This document shows, one piece after another, positions 1 to 11,463 of a DNA stretch of 64,000 nt (its first letter is position 1; every line of letters begins with the position of its first letter). The notes beneath the pieces are model-generated. The model saw only the letters and a program-made list of their open reading frames with translations, was not told the origin of the DNA and searched no databases. The DNA comes from Octopus sinensis (Eukaryota): the NCBI RefSeq assembly GCF_006345805.1, contig NW_021832533.1, positions 186,001-250,000 of the forward strand, given 5' to 3'. The position numbers and the translations under genes were made by a program.

Positions 1-1310
1 ACGCAGAAAATATTTTTTTTAATTTTTTAGCTTGAAGGTTTTGGGGGACCACATCATGTGAGTCGAGGACTTTCTTGTTGTTCATTTAACACAAAAACGC
101 AGAAAATAATTTTTTTAATTTTTTAGCTTGAAGGTTTTGGGGGACCACATCATGTGAGTCGAGGACTTTCTTGTTGTTCATTTTTACAAAAAAAAACGCA
201 GAAAATAATTTTTTTTAATTTTTGGCTTGAAGGTTTGGGGGACCACATCATGTGAGTCGAGGACTTTCTTGTTGTTCATTTTAACAAAAACGCAGAAAAA
301 ATAATTTTTTTAATTTTTTGGCTTGAAGGTTTTGGGGGACCACATCATGTGAGTCGAGGACTTTCTTGTTGTTCATTTTAACAAAAACGCAGAAAATAAT
401 TTTTTAAATTTTTTAGCTTGAAGGTTTTGGGGGACCACATCATGTGAGTCGAGGACTTTCTTGTTGTTCATTTTAACAAAAACGCAGAAAATATTTTTTT
501 TAATTTTTTAGCTTAAGGTTTTGGGGGACCACATCATGTGAGTCGAGGACTTTCTTGTTGTTCATTTTTACAAAAACGCAGAAAATAATTTTTTTAATTT
601 TTTGGCTTGAAGGTTGGGGGACCACATCATGGAGTCGAGGACTTTCTTGTTGTTCATTTTAACAAAAACGCAGAAAATAATTTTTTAAATTTTTTAGTGT
701 GAAGGTTTTGGGGGACACATCATGTGAGTCGAGGACTTTCTTGTTGTTCATTTTAACAAAAACGCAGAAAATATTTTTTTTAATTTTTTAGCTTGAAGGT
801 TTTGGGGGACCACATCATGTGAGTCGAGGACTTTCTTGTTGTTCATTTTAACAAAAACGCAGAAAATAATTTTTTTAATTTTTTAGCTTGAAGGTTTTGG
901 GGGACCACATCATGTGAGTCGAGGACTTTCTTGTTGTTCATTTTTACAAAAACGCAGAAAATAATTTTTTTTAATTTTTTGGCTTGAAGGTTTGGGGGAC
1001 CACATCATGTGAGTCGAGGACTTTCTTGTTGTTCATTTTAACAAAAACGCAGAAAATAATTTTTTTTAATTTTTTTAGCTTGAAGGTTTTGGGGGACCAC
1101 ATCATGTGAGTCGAGGACTTTCTTGTTGTTCATTTTAACAAAAACGCAGAAAATAATTTTTTTAATTTTTTAGCTTGAAGGTTTTGGGGGACCACATCAT
1201 GTGAGTCGAGGACTTTCTTGTTGTTCATTTTAACAAAAACGCAGAAAATAATTTTTTTTAATTTTTTAGCTTGAAGGTTTTGTAACAAAAACGCAGAAAA
1301 TAATTTTTTT
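1..1310. repeat. ~95-bp tandem satellite, variant A (>=13 monomers)
   Basis: Monomer ...gcttgaaggttttgggggaccacatcatgtgagtcgaggactttcttgttgttcattttaacaaaaacgcagaaaataatttttt...; gtcgaggac recurs at 62, 158, 256... (~95-bp spacing); no spacers. Confidence 0.97.
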
Positions 1311-1416
1311 ATTGATCTGGTTTGTAACAATTTGAATGTGGGTGTGCACAGACAGACAGACAGACAGACACACAGACAGACAGACAGACACACACCATAC
1401 CATTTTATTATTAAGA
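1..1416 (-). mobile_element. Non-autonomous Helitron, concatemer unit 1 (5' part only; runs off the window start)
   Basis: Minus strand begins TCTTAATAATAAAATGGTATGG at 1416, then (GTCT/GTGT)n microsatellite and ~95-bp satellite; directly abuts the CTAG 3' end of unit 2 at 1417-1420. Confidence 0.88.
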
Positions 1417-1545
1417 CTAGCACAGCAGTTCGCTTCGCTCACTGCGAGCTAGCTCCTGCGGAAGCCCTGCTCGCTACGCTCGCAGTTTCCTTAAATAACT
1501 ATAAATTTATGTAGATATATAAATGCGACCTGCTTTGATATAACC

Positions 1546-2378
1546 TTATTCTAAGGCCTGTGAATAAACGATGTTTGCAGTCCGTCCATCCTTGGCAAAT
1601 ATAAATAATTTCTCTTCACCTACCCTTGAGCACCCCACATACAGCTGGCCATGTGAAAAGCACTCGTTCTCTAAAAATAAGCCTACTACCTTTAAAGACT
1701 GTCCCTGGGCCTTGTTTATTGTCATAGCAAAACTTATCTTCAGCGGAAATTGTAGTCTCTTAAATCTATCGCAGGCCCTTTCATGGTCCATAATAACGTC
1801 GACCGATTTATATATTCTTTCTCTGCCAGGGATTTTCATTAATAAATCTAAATTTATATTAAGTACCTCATCATTAAGTGGAGCTAATATAGCTCGTTCA
1901 CGCAGCCAGTCGAAATTCACGTAGTGTTCAGATAGTTCGGAATAGACGGCATTCAATAATTCTTCTGCTGTTTCTACGAAAATACATAATTCTTCCGGTA
2001 GCCTAATTTTCTGGTCGTGCATTTCTGAAGTGATTGCCCCATTTCCAATATCTAGAAGGATTTGTGGGAATATGCTATTAACGCCTTGTAAATGTGCATG
2101 TACATTTACATCTAAGCTTACCTTTTTCACGTGTGTCCACAAATATGACGATTTGAGGCAGGCATTCAATTCATCCGCAGGCGTCCCTCTTTGAATAATT
2201 GGCAGCGTCTGTCTAAAATCACCTGCCAATACAACTAATGCTCCCCCAAACAAATGGTCGCTACAATTCTTGATATCTCTATATGTTCGGTCAACTGCTT
2301 GAATGCGCCTTTATGAGCCATCGTACATTCATCCCAAACAATTAACCTAGAATGCATAATTCTATTACCCGTAGTTGA
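1546..2378 (-). pseudogene. PIF1-like helicase C-terminal fragment with internal deletion (Helitron unit 2)
   Basis: [14 protein letters not shown] and [13 protein letters not shown] motifs; near-identical to 46581-47663 but lacks ~250 bp (HERAC|DRFKRLQ join). Confidence 0.93.
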
Positions 2379-3061
2379 GTCTAACAGCAGTCCTGACCTT
2401 GTTCAGCTGTGTCTAAGTTCCCTCACCATTTAAGCACATCTTCCCTCGTTTCTCTTTTTTTGTTATATGGTTCATATTCTCTTGTTTGTTAACATTCTCA
2501 GATCTCTCTTTATAGGACATGCTTATGATTTTGTAAACGCGAATCAGTAATTTATATTAAATTTTCTACGTAAATTTATTTAGTGAAATTTATGTAAAGT
2601 GTATTATCCAATCAAAGCCATTATACTTAATTGCCTCTATGTTTAAAGGAATTGAAACTTTAGCATAATCGAACTTGTCTGTTTCGGTAAAGAAAATGAT
2701 AATCAGCTTCATCTTTGTAGTATTATAAGGAAAAAAATTAAAGCCTGTTAAATCAAGGAGATTTAAATATAGGCAAATTGAAATTTACATGACTAATTTA
2801 AATTTTATTTGCCTCTATCTTTTAAGAAATCTAAACAGTAGCATAATCGAATTTGTCAGTTTCGGCAGTTTAAAAGAATCAAATATGTAAATCTCTAATA
2901 ATTTTTGCTTTTTTTTTTTAGTGGTTTTCAAAATCTGATAATTGCACAGTCTATTCATGGTCGATAACAATTAGAGCTTTTATTTTATTTTAACGAAAAT
3001 TAACAAAAAAGAATTTATGTCATCGAAAAAAGATAGCTAAGCTAATTAATGGCCTCACGAG

Positions 3062-5250
3062 GCTTGAAGGTGTGGAGGACCTCATCATGTGAGTCGAGGA
3101 CTTTCTTGTCGTTCATTTTAACAAAAACGCAGAAAATTTTTTTTTAATTTTTGGGCTTGAAGTTTTGGGGGACCACATCATGTGAGTCGAGGACTTTCTT
3201 GTTGTTCATTTAACAAAAACGCAGAAAATAATTTTTTAAATTTTGGCTTGAAGGTTTTGAGGGACCACATCATGTGAGTCGAGGACTTTCTTGTTGTTCA
3301 TTTTAACAAAAACGCAGAAAATAATTTTTTTTAATTTTTTAGCTTGAAGGTTTTGGGGGACCACATCATGTGAGTCGAGGACTTTCTTGTTGTTCATTTT
3401 AACAAAAACGCAGAAAAAATTTTTTAATTTTTTAGCTTGAAGGTTTTGGGGGACCACATCATGTGAGTCGAGGACTTTCTTGTTGTTCATTTTAACAAAA
3501 ACGCAGAAAATAATTTTTTTTATTTTTGGCTTGAAGTTTTGGGGGACCATCATGTGAGTCGAGGACTTTCTTGTTGTTCATTTTAACAAAAAACGCAGAA
3601 AATAATTTTTTTAATTTTTTGGCTTGAAGGTTTTGGGGGACCACATCATGTGAGTCGAGGACTTTCTTGTTGTTCATTTTAACAAAAACGCAGAAAATAA
3701 TTTTTTTTAATTTTTTAGCTTGAAGGTTTTGGGGGACCACATCATGTGAGTCGAGGACTTTCTTGTTGTTCATTTTAACAAAAACGCAGAAAATAATTTT
3801 TTTAATTTTTTAGCTTGAAGGTTTTGGGGGACCACATCATGTGAGTCGAGGACTTTCTTGTTGTTCATTTTTACAAAAACGCAGAAAATAATTTTTTTTA
3901 ATTTTTTGGCTTGAAGGTTTGGGGGACCACATCATGTGAGTCGAGGACTTTCTTGTTGTTCATTTTAACAAAAACGCAGAAAATAATTTTTTAAATTTTT
4001 TAGTGTGAAGGTTTTGGGGGACCACATCATGTGAGTCGAGGACTTTCTTGTTGTTCATTTTAACAAAAACGCAGAAAATATTTTTTTTAATTTTTTAGCT
4101 TGAAGGTTTTGGGGGACCACATCATGTGAGTCGAGGACTTTCTTGTTGTTCATTTTAACAAAAACGCAGAAAATAATTTTTTTAATTTTTTAGCTTGAAG
4201 GTTTTGGGGGACCACATCATGTGAGTCGAGGACTTTCTTGTTGTTCATTTTTACAAAAACGCAGAAAATAATTTTTTTTAATTTTTTGGCTTGAAGGTTT
4301 GGGGGACCACATCATGTGAGTCGAGACTTTCTTGTTGTTCATTTTAACAAAACGCAGAAAATAATTTTTTTTAATTTTTTGGCTTGAAGGTTTGGGGGAC
4401 CACATCATGTGAGTCGAGGACTTTCTTGTTGTTCATTTTAACAAAAACGCAGAAAATAATTTTTTTAATTTTTTAGCTTGAAGGTTTTGGGGGACCACAT
4501 CATGTGAGTCGAGGACTTTCTTGTTGTTCATTTTAACAAAAACGCAGAAAATAATTTTTTAATTTTTTAGCTTGAAGGTTTTGGGGGACCACATCATGTG
4601 AGTCGAGGACTTTCTTGTTGTTCATTTTTACAAAAACGCAGAAAATAATTTTTTTTAATTTTTGGCTTGAAGGTTTGGGGGACCACATCATGTGAGTCGA
4701 GGACTTTCTTGTTGTTCATTTTACAAAAAACGCAGAAAATAATTTTTTTTAATTTTTTGGCTTGAAGGTTTGGGGGACCACATCATGTGAGTCGAGGACT
4801 TTCTTGTTGTTCATTTTAACAAAAACGCAGAAAATAATTTTTTTTAATTTTTTTGGCTTGAAGGTTTGGGGGACCACATCATGTGAGTCGAGGACTTTCT
4901 TGTTGTTCATTTTAACAAAAACGCAGAAAATAATTTTTTTAATTTTTTGGCTTGAAGGTTGGTTTGGGGGACCACATCTTGTGAGTCGAGGACTTTCTTG
5001 TTGTTCATTTTAACAAAAACCAGCAGAAATAATTTTTTTAATTTTTTGGCTTGAAGGTTTGGGGGACCACATCATGTGAGTCGAGGACTTTCTTGTTGTT
5101 CATTTTAACAAAAACGCAGAAAATAATTTTTTTTAATTTTTTGGCTTGAAGGTTTTGGGGGACCACATCATGTGAGTCGAGGACTTTCTTGTTGTTCATT
5201 TTAACAAAAACGCAGAAAATTGACTTGAAGGTTTTGGGGGACCTCATCAT
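3062..5250. repeat. ~95-bp tandem satellite, variant A (~23 monomers)
   Basis: Same monomer; first monomer is a diverged edge copy (gacctcatcatgtgag, cttgtcgttc). Confidence 0.97.
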
Positions 5251-5581
5251 CGAGGATATTCTTTCTTATTAAAATTTTTGACAGGAAGGTTCTTAGAGGA
5301 TATCAACCTTTTATTGTGCCTCATTATCGAATAACTACAAAAGGAAGGTTTGACAATTTGATCTGGTTTGTAACAATTTGAATGTGGGTGTGCACAGACA
5401 GACAGACAGACACACAGACAGACAGACACACACCATACCATTTTATTATTAAGACTAGCTCAGCAGTTCGCTTCGCTCACTGCGAGCTAGCTCCTGCGGA
5501 GGCCTGCTCGCTACGCTCGCAGTTTCCTTAAATAACTATAAATTATGTAGATATATAAATGCGACCTGCTTTGATATAACC

Positions 5582-6412
5582 TTATTCTAAGGCCTGTGGA
5601 TAAACGATGTTTGCAGTCCGTCCATCCTTGGCAAATATAAATAATTTCTCTTCTACCTACCCTTGAGCACCCCACATACAGCTGGCCATGTGAAAAGCAC
5701 TCGTTCTCTAAAAATAAGCCTACTACCTTTAAAGACTGTCCCTGGGCTTGTTTATTGTCATAGCAAAACTTATCTTCAGCGGAAATTGTAGTCTCTTAAA
5801 TCTATCGCAGGCCCTTTCATGGTCCATAATAACGTCGACCGATTTATATATTCTTTCTCTGCAGGGATTTTCATTAATAAATCTAAATTTATATTAAGTA
5901 CCTCATCATTAAGTGGAGCTAATATAGCTCGTTCACGCAGCCAGTCGAAATTCAGTAGTGTTCAGATAGTTCGGAATAGACGGCATTCAATAATTCTTCT
6001 GCTGTTTCTACGAAAATACATAATTCTTCCGGTAGCCTAATTTTCTGGTCGTGCATTTCTGAAGTGATTGCCCCATTTCCAATATCTAGAGGGATTTGTG
6101 GGAATATGCTATTAACGCCTTGTAAATGTGCATGTACATTTACATCTAAGCTTACCTTTTTCACGTGTGTCCACAAATATGACGATTTGAGGCAGGCATT
6201 CAATTCATCCGCAGGCGTCCCTCTTTGAATAATTGGCAGCGTCTGTCTAAAATCACCTGCCAATACAACTAATGCTCCCCCAAACAAATGGTCGCTACAA
6301 TTCTTGATATCTCTATATGTTCGGTCAACTGCTTGAATGCGCCTTTATGAGCCATCGTACATTCATCCCAAACAATTAACCTAGAATGCATAATTCTATT
6401 ACCCGTAGTTGA
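5582..6412 (-). pseudogene. PIF1-like helicase fragment (Helitron unit 3)
   Basis: Same fragment and same deletion junction as unit 2. Confidence 0.92.
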
Positions 6413-7099
6413 GTCTAACAGCAGTCCTGACCTTGTTCAGCTGTTGTCTAAGTTCCCTCACCATTTAAGCACATCTTCCCTCGTTTCTCTTTTTTTGTTA
6501 TATGGTTCATATTCTCTTGTTTGTTAACATTCTCAGATCTCTCTTTATAGGACATGCTTATGATTTTGTAAACGCGAATCAGTAATTTATATTAAATTTT
6601 CTACGTAAATTTATTTAGTGAAATTTATGTAAAGTGTATTATCCAATCAAAGCCATTATACTTAATTGCCTCTATGTTTAAAGGAATTGAAACTTTAGCA
6701 TAATCGAACTTGTCTGTTTCGGTAAAGAAAATGATAATCAGCTTCATCTTTGTAGTATTATAAGGAAAAAAATTAAAGCCTGTTAAATCAAGGAGATTAA
6801 ATATAGGCAAATTGAAATTTACATGACTAATTTAAATTTTATTGCCTCTATCTTTTAAGAAATCTAAACAGTAGCATAATCGAATTTGTCAGTTTCGGCA
6901 GTTAAAAAGAATCAATTATGTAAATCTCTAATAATTTTTGCTTTTTCCTTTTTAGTGGTTTTCAAAATCTGATAATTGCACAGTCTATTCATGGTCGATA
7001 ACATTAGAGCTTTTATTTTATTTTTTTAACGAAAATTTAACAAAAAGAATTTATGTCATCGAAAAAAGATAGCTAAGCTAATTAATGGCCTCACGAGGC

Positions 7100-8042
7100 T
7101 TGAAGGTTGTGGAGGACCTCATCATGTGAGTCGAGGACTTTCTTGTCGTTCATTTTAACAAAAACGCAGAAAATATTTTTTTTAATTTTGGGGCTTGAAG
7201 GTTTTGGGGGACCACATCATGTGAGTCGAGGACTTTCTTGTTGTTCATTTAACAAAAACGCAGAAAATAATTTTTTAAATTTTTTGGTTTTGAAGGTTTT
7301 GAGGGACCACATCATGTGAGTCGAGGACTTTCTTGTTGTTCATTTTTAAACAAAAAACGCAGAAAATAATTTTTTTTAATTTTTTGGCTTGAAGGTTTTG
7401 AGGGACCACATCATGTGAGTCGAGGACTTTCTTGTTGTTCATTTTAACAAAAAACGCAGAAAATAATTTTTTTTAATTTTTTGGCTTGAAGGTTTTGGGG
7501 GACCACATCATGTGAGTCGAGGACTTTCTTGTTGTTCATTTTAACAAAAACGCAGAAAATAATTTTTTTAATTTTTTGGCTTGAAGGTTTTGGGGGACCA
7601 CATCATGTGAGTCGAGGACTTTCTTGTTGTTCATTTTAACAAAAACGCAGAAAATAATTTTTTTTAATTTTTTGGCTTGAAGGTTTTGGGGGACCACATC
7701 ATGTGAGTCGAGGACTTTCTTGTTGTTCATTTTAACAAAAACGCAGAAAATAATTTTTTTAATTTTTGGCTTGAAGGTTTTGGGGGACCACATCATGTGA
7801 GTCGAGGACTTTCTTGTTTTTATTTTAACAAAAACGCAGAAAATAATTTTTTTAATTTTTTGGCTTGAAAGTTTTGGGGGACCACATCATGTGAGTCGAG
7901 GACTTTCTGTTGTTCATTTTAACAAAAACGCAGAAAATAATTTTTTTAATTTTTTACCTTGAAGGTTTTGGGGGACCACATCATGTGAGTCGAGGACTTT
8001 CTTGTTGTTCATTTTAACAAAAACGCAGAAAATAATTTTTTT
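7100..8042. repeat. ~95-bp tandem satellite, variant A (~10 monomers)
   Basis: Counted gtcgaggac occurrences. Confidence 0.97.
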
Positions 8043-8285
8043 ATTGATCTGGTTTGTAACAATTTGAATGTGGGTGTGCACAGACAGACAGACACACAGA
8101 CAGACACACAGACAGACAGACAGACAGACACACACCATACCATTTTATTATTAAGACTAGCTCAGCAGTTCGCTTCGCTCACTGCGAGCTAGCTCCTGCG
8201 GAGGCCCTGCTCGCTACGCTCGCAGTTTCCTTAAATAACTATAAATTTATGTAGATATATAAATGCGACCTGCTTTGATATAACC

Positions 8286-9118
8286 TTATTCTAAGGCCTG
8301 TGGATAAACGATGTTTGCAGTCCGTCCATCCTTGGCAAATATAAATAAATTTCTCTTCTACCTACCCTTGAGCACCCCACATACAGCTGGCCATGTGAAA
8401 AGCACTCGTTCTCTAAAATAAGCCTACTACCTTTAAAGACTGTCCCTGGGCCTTGTTTATTGTCATAGCAAAACTTATCTTCAGCGGAAATTGTAGTCTC
8501 TTAAATCTATCGCAGGCCCTTTCATGGTCCATAATAACGTCGACCGATTTATATATTCTTTCTCTGCCAGGGATTTTCATTAATAAATCTAAATTTATAT
8601 TAAGTACCTCATCATTAAGTGGAGCTAATATAGCTCGTTCACGCAGCCAGTCGAAATTCACGTAGTGTTCAGATAGTTCGGAATAGACGGCATTCAATAA
8701 TTCTTCTGCTGTTTCTACGAAAATACATAATTCTTCCGGTAGCCTAATTTTCTGGTCGTGCATTTCTGAAGTGATTGCCCCATTTCCAATATCTAGAGGA
8801 TTTGTGGGAATATGCTATTAACGCCTTGTAAATGTGCATGTACATTTACATCTAAGCTTACCTTTTTCACGTGTGTCCACAAATATGACGATTTGAGAGC
8901 AGGCATTCAATTCATCCGCAGCGTCCCTCTTTGAATAATTGGCAGCGTCTGTCTAAAATCACCTGCCAATACAACTAATGCTCCCCCAAACAAATGGTCG
9001 CTACAATTCTTGATATCTCTATATGTTCGGTCAACTGCTTGAATGCGCCTTTTGAGCCCATCGTACATTCATCCCAAACAATTAACCTAGAATGCATAAT
9101 TCTATTACCCGTAGTTGA
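8286..9118 (-). pseudogene. PIF1-like helicase fragment (Helitron unit 4)
   Basis: Same fragment and same deletion junction as unit 2. Confidence 0.92.
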
Positions 9119-9811
9119 GTTTAACAGCAGTCCTGACCTTGTTCAGCTGTTGTCTAAGTTCCCTCACCATTTAAGCACATCTCCCTCGTTTCTCTTTTTT
9201 TGTTATATGGTTCATATTCTCTTGTTTGTTAACATTCTCAGATCTCTCTTTATAGGACATTCTTATGATTTTGTAAACGCGAATCAGTAATTTATATTAA
9301 ATTTTCTACGTAATTTATTTAGTGAAATTTATGTAAAGTGTATTATCCAATCAAAGCCATTATACTTAATTGCCTCTATGTTTAAAGGAATTGAAACTTT
9401 AGCATAATCGAACTTGTCTGTTTCGGTAAAGAAAATGATAATCAGCTTCATCTTTGTAGATATTATAAGAAAAAAAATTAAAGCCTGTTAAATCAAGGAG
9501 ATTTAAATATAGGCAAATTGAAATTTACATGACTAATTTAAATTTTATTGCCTCTATCTTTTAAGAAATCTAAACAGTAGCATAATCGAATTTGTCAGTT
9601 TCGGCAGTTAAAAAGAATCAATTATGTAATCTCTAATAATTTTTGCTTTTTCTTTTTCCTTTTTAGTGGTTTTCAAAATCTGATAATTGCACAGTCTATT
9701 CATGGTCGATAACAATTAGAGCTTTTATTTTATTTTTTAACGAAAATTTAACAAAAAAAGAATTTATGTCATCGAAAAAAGATAGCTAAGCTAATTAATG
9801 GCCTCACGAGG

Positions 9812-10965
9812 CTTGAAGGTTGTGGAGGACCTCATCATGTGAGTCGAGGACTTTCTTGTCGTTCATTTTTACAAAAACGCAGAAAATATTTTTTTTAATT
9901 TTTGGCTTGAAGGTTTTGGGGGACCACATCATGTGAGTCGAGGACTTTCTTGTTGTTCATTTAACAAAAACGCAGAAAATAATTTTTTTTAATTTTTTGG
10001 CTTGAAGGTTTTGAGGGACCACATCATGTGAGTCGAGGACTTTCTTGTTGTTCATTTTAACAAAAACGCAGAAAATAATTTTTTTAATTTTTTGGCTTGA
10101 AGGTTTTGAGGGACCACATCATGTGAGTCGAGGACTTTCTTGTTGTTCATTTTAACAAAAACGCAGAAAATAATTTTTTTATTTTTTGGCTTGAAGGTTT
10201 TGGGGGACCACATCATGTGAGTCGAGGACTTTCTTGTTGTTTATTTTAACAAAAACGCAGAAAAAATAATTTTTTTAATTTTTTGGCTTGAAAGTTTTGG
10301 GGGACCACATCTTGTGAGTCGAGGACTTTCTTGTTGTTCATTTTAACAAAAACGCAGAAAATAATTTTTTTTAATTTTTTGGCTTGAAGGTTTTGGGGAC
10401 CACATCATGTGAGTCGAGGACTTTCTTGTTGTTCATTTAACAAAAACGCAGAAAATAATTTTTTTTAATTTTTTGGCTTGAAGGTTTTGGGGGACCACAT
10501 CATGTGAGTCGAGGACTTTCTTGTTGTTCATTTTTACAAAAACGCAAAAATAATTTTTTTTAATTTTTTGGCTTGAAGGTTTTGGGGGACCACATCATGT
10601 GAGTCGAGGACTTTCTTGTTGTTCATTTTAACAAAAACGCAGAAAATAATTTTTTTTAATTTTTTGGCTTGAAGTTTTGGGGGACCACATCATGTGAGTC
10701 GAGGACTTTCTTGTTGTTCATTTTAACAAAAACGCAGAAAATAATTTTTTTTAATTTTTTGGCTTGAAGGTTTTGGGGGACCACATCATGTGAGTCGAGG
10801 ACTTTCTTGTTGTTCATTTTAACAAAAACGCAGAAAATAATTTTTTTAATTTTTTGGCTTGAAGGTTTTGGGGGACCACATCATGTGAGTCGAGGACTTT
10901 CTTGTTGTTCATTTTAACAAAAACGCAGAAAATTGACTTGAAGGTTTTGGGGACCTCATCATCGA
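9812..10965. repeat. ~95-bp tandem satellite, variant A (~12 monomers)
   Basis: Counted gtcgaggac occurrences. Confidence 0.97.
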
Positions 10966-11463
10966 GGATATTCTTTCTTATTAAAATTTTTTGACAGGAA
11001 GGTTCTTAGAGGATATCAACCTTTATTGTGCCTCATTATCGAATAACTACAAAAGGGAAGGTTTTGACAATTTGATCTGGTTTGTAACAATTTGAATGTG
11101 GGTGTGCACAGACAGACAGACAGACAGACAGACACACAGACAGACAGACAGACACACACCATACCATTTTATTATTAAGATTTATCACATTTGTATAATT
11201 GAATTCTTAGTTGATGTAAATATTCTAATTGGTAAATCAAATCAGAATTCTTCGACTAGTCTACTCAGAATTGACATGAAAGAATTAAATCGTGAATTTT
11301 CACTTCTGCCATTTGCTATGTGCTCATTAAAAATGTGACAATCAATAGAAAAGGTATATTAAAAATGTTAACTGTAAAATAAACCAAGATTTTAAACAAA
11401 TTAGTTTTAATGCCTTATTTAATATTTTTGACTTGTTTCCATAGAAGCAGACGCAACGAAGAG

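Larger units (their letters stand above)
1417..5454 (-). mobile_element. Non-autonomous Helitron, concatemer unit 2 (complete, ~4.0 kb)
   Basis: 5' TC at 5454, microsatellite, ~23 satellite monomers, AT-rich spacer, deleted PIF1 C-terminus, GC-rich subterminal hairpin region, 3' CTAG at 1417-1420. Confidence 0.92.
5455..8156 (-). mobile_element. Non-autonomous Helitron, concatemer unit 3 (complete, ~2.7 kb)
   Basis: Same architecture; 5' TC at 8156, ~10 monomers, 3' CTAG at 5455-5458. Confidence 0.92.
8157..11180 (-). mobile_element. Non-autonomous Helitron, concatemer unit 4 (outermost 5' unit, ~3.0 kb)
   Basis: 5' end at 11180 preceded on minus strand by host A (A|TC, canonical Helitron target); ~12 monomers; 3' CTAG at 8157-8160. 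Confidence 0.92.

Noticed and set aside
1130-8138. Small ORFs across the satellite (MNNKKVLDSHDVVPQ...)
   Set aside because: Chance open frames in a tandem repeat, broken at different points in each unit by homopolymer indels.
1-10965. Regular ~95-bp repeats as a CRISPR array
   Set aside because: Whole monomers repeat with no unique spacers, no cas genes are present, and the context is eukaryotic Helitron.
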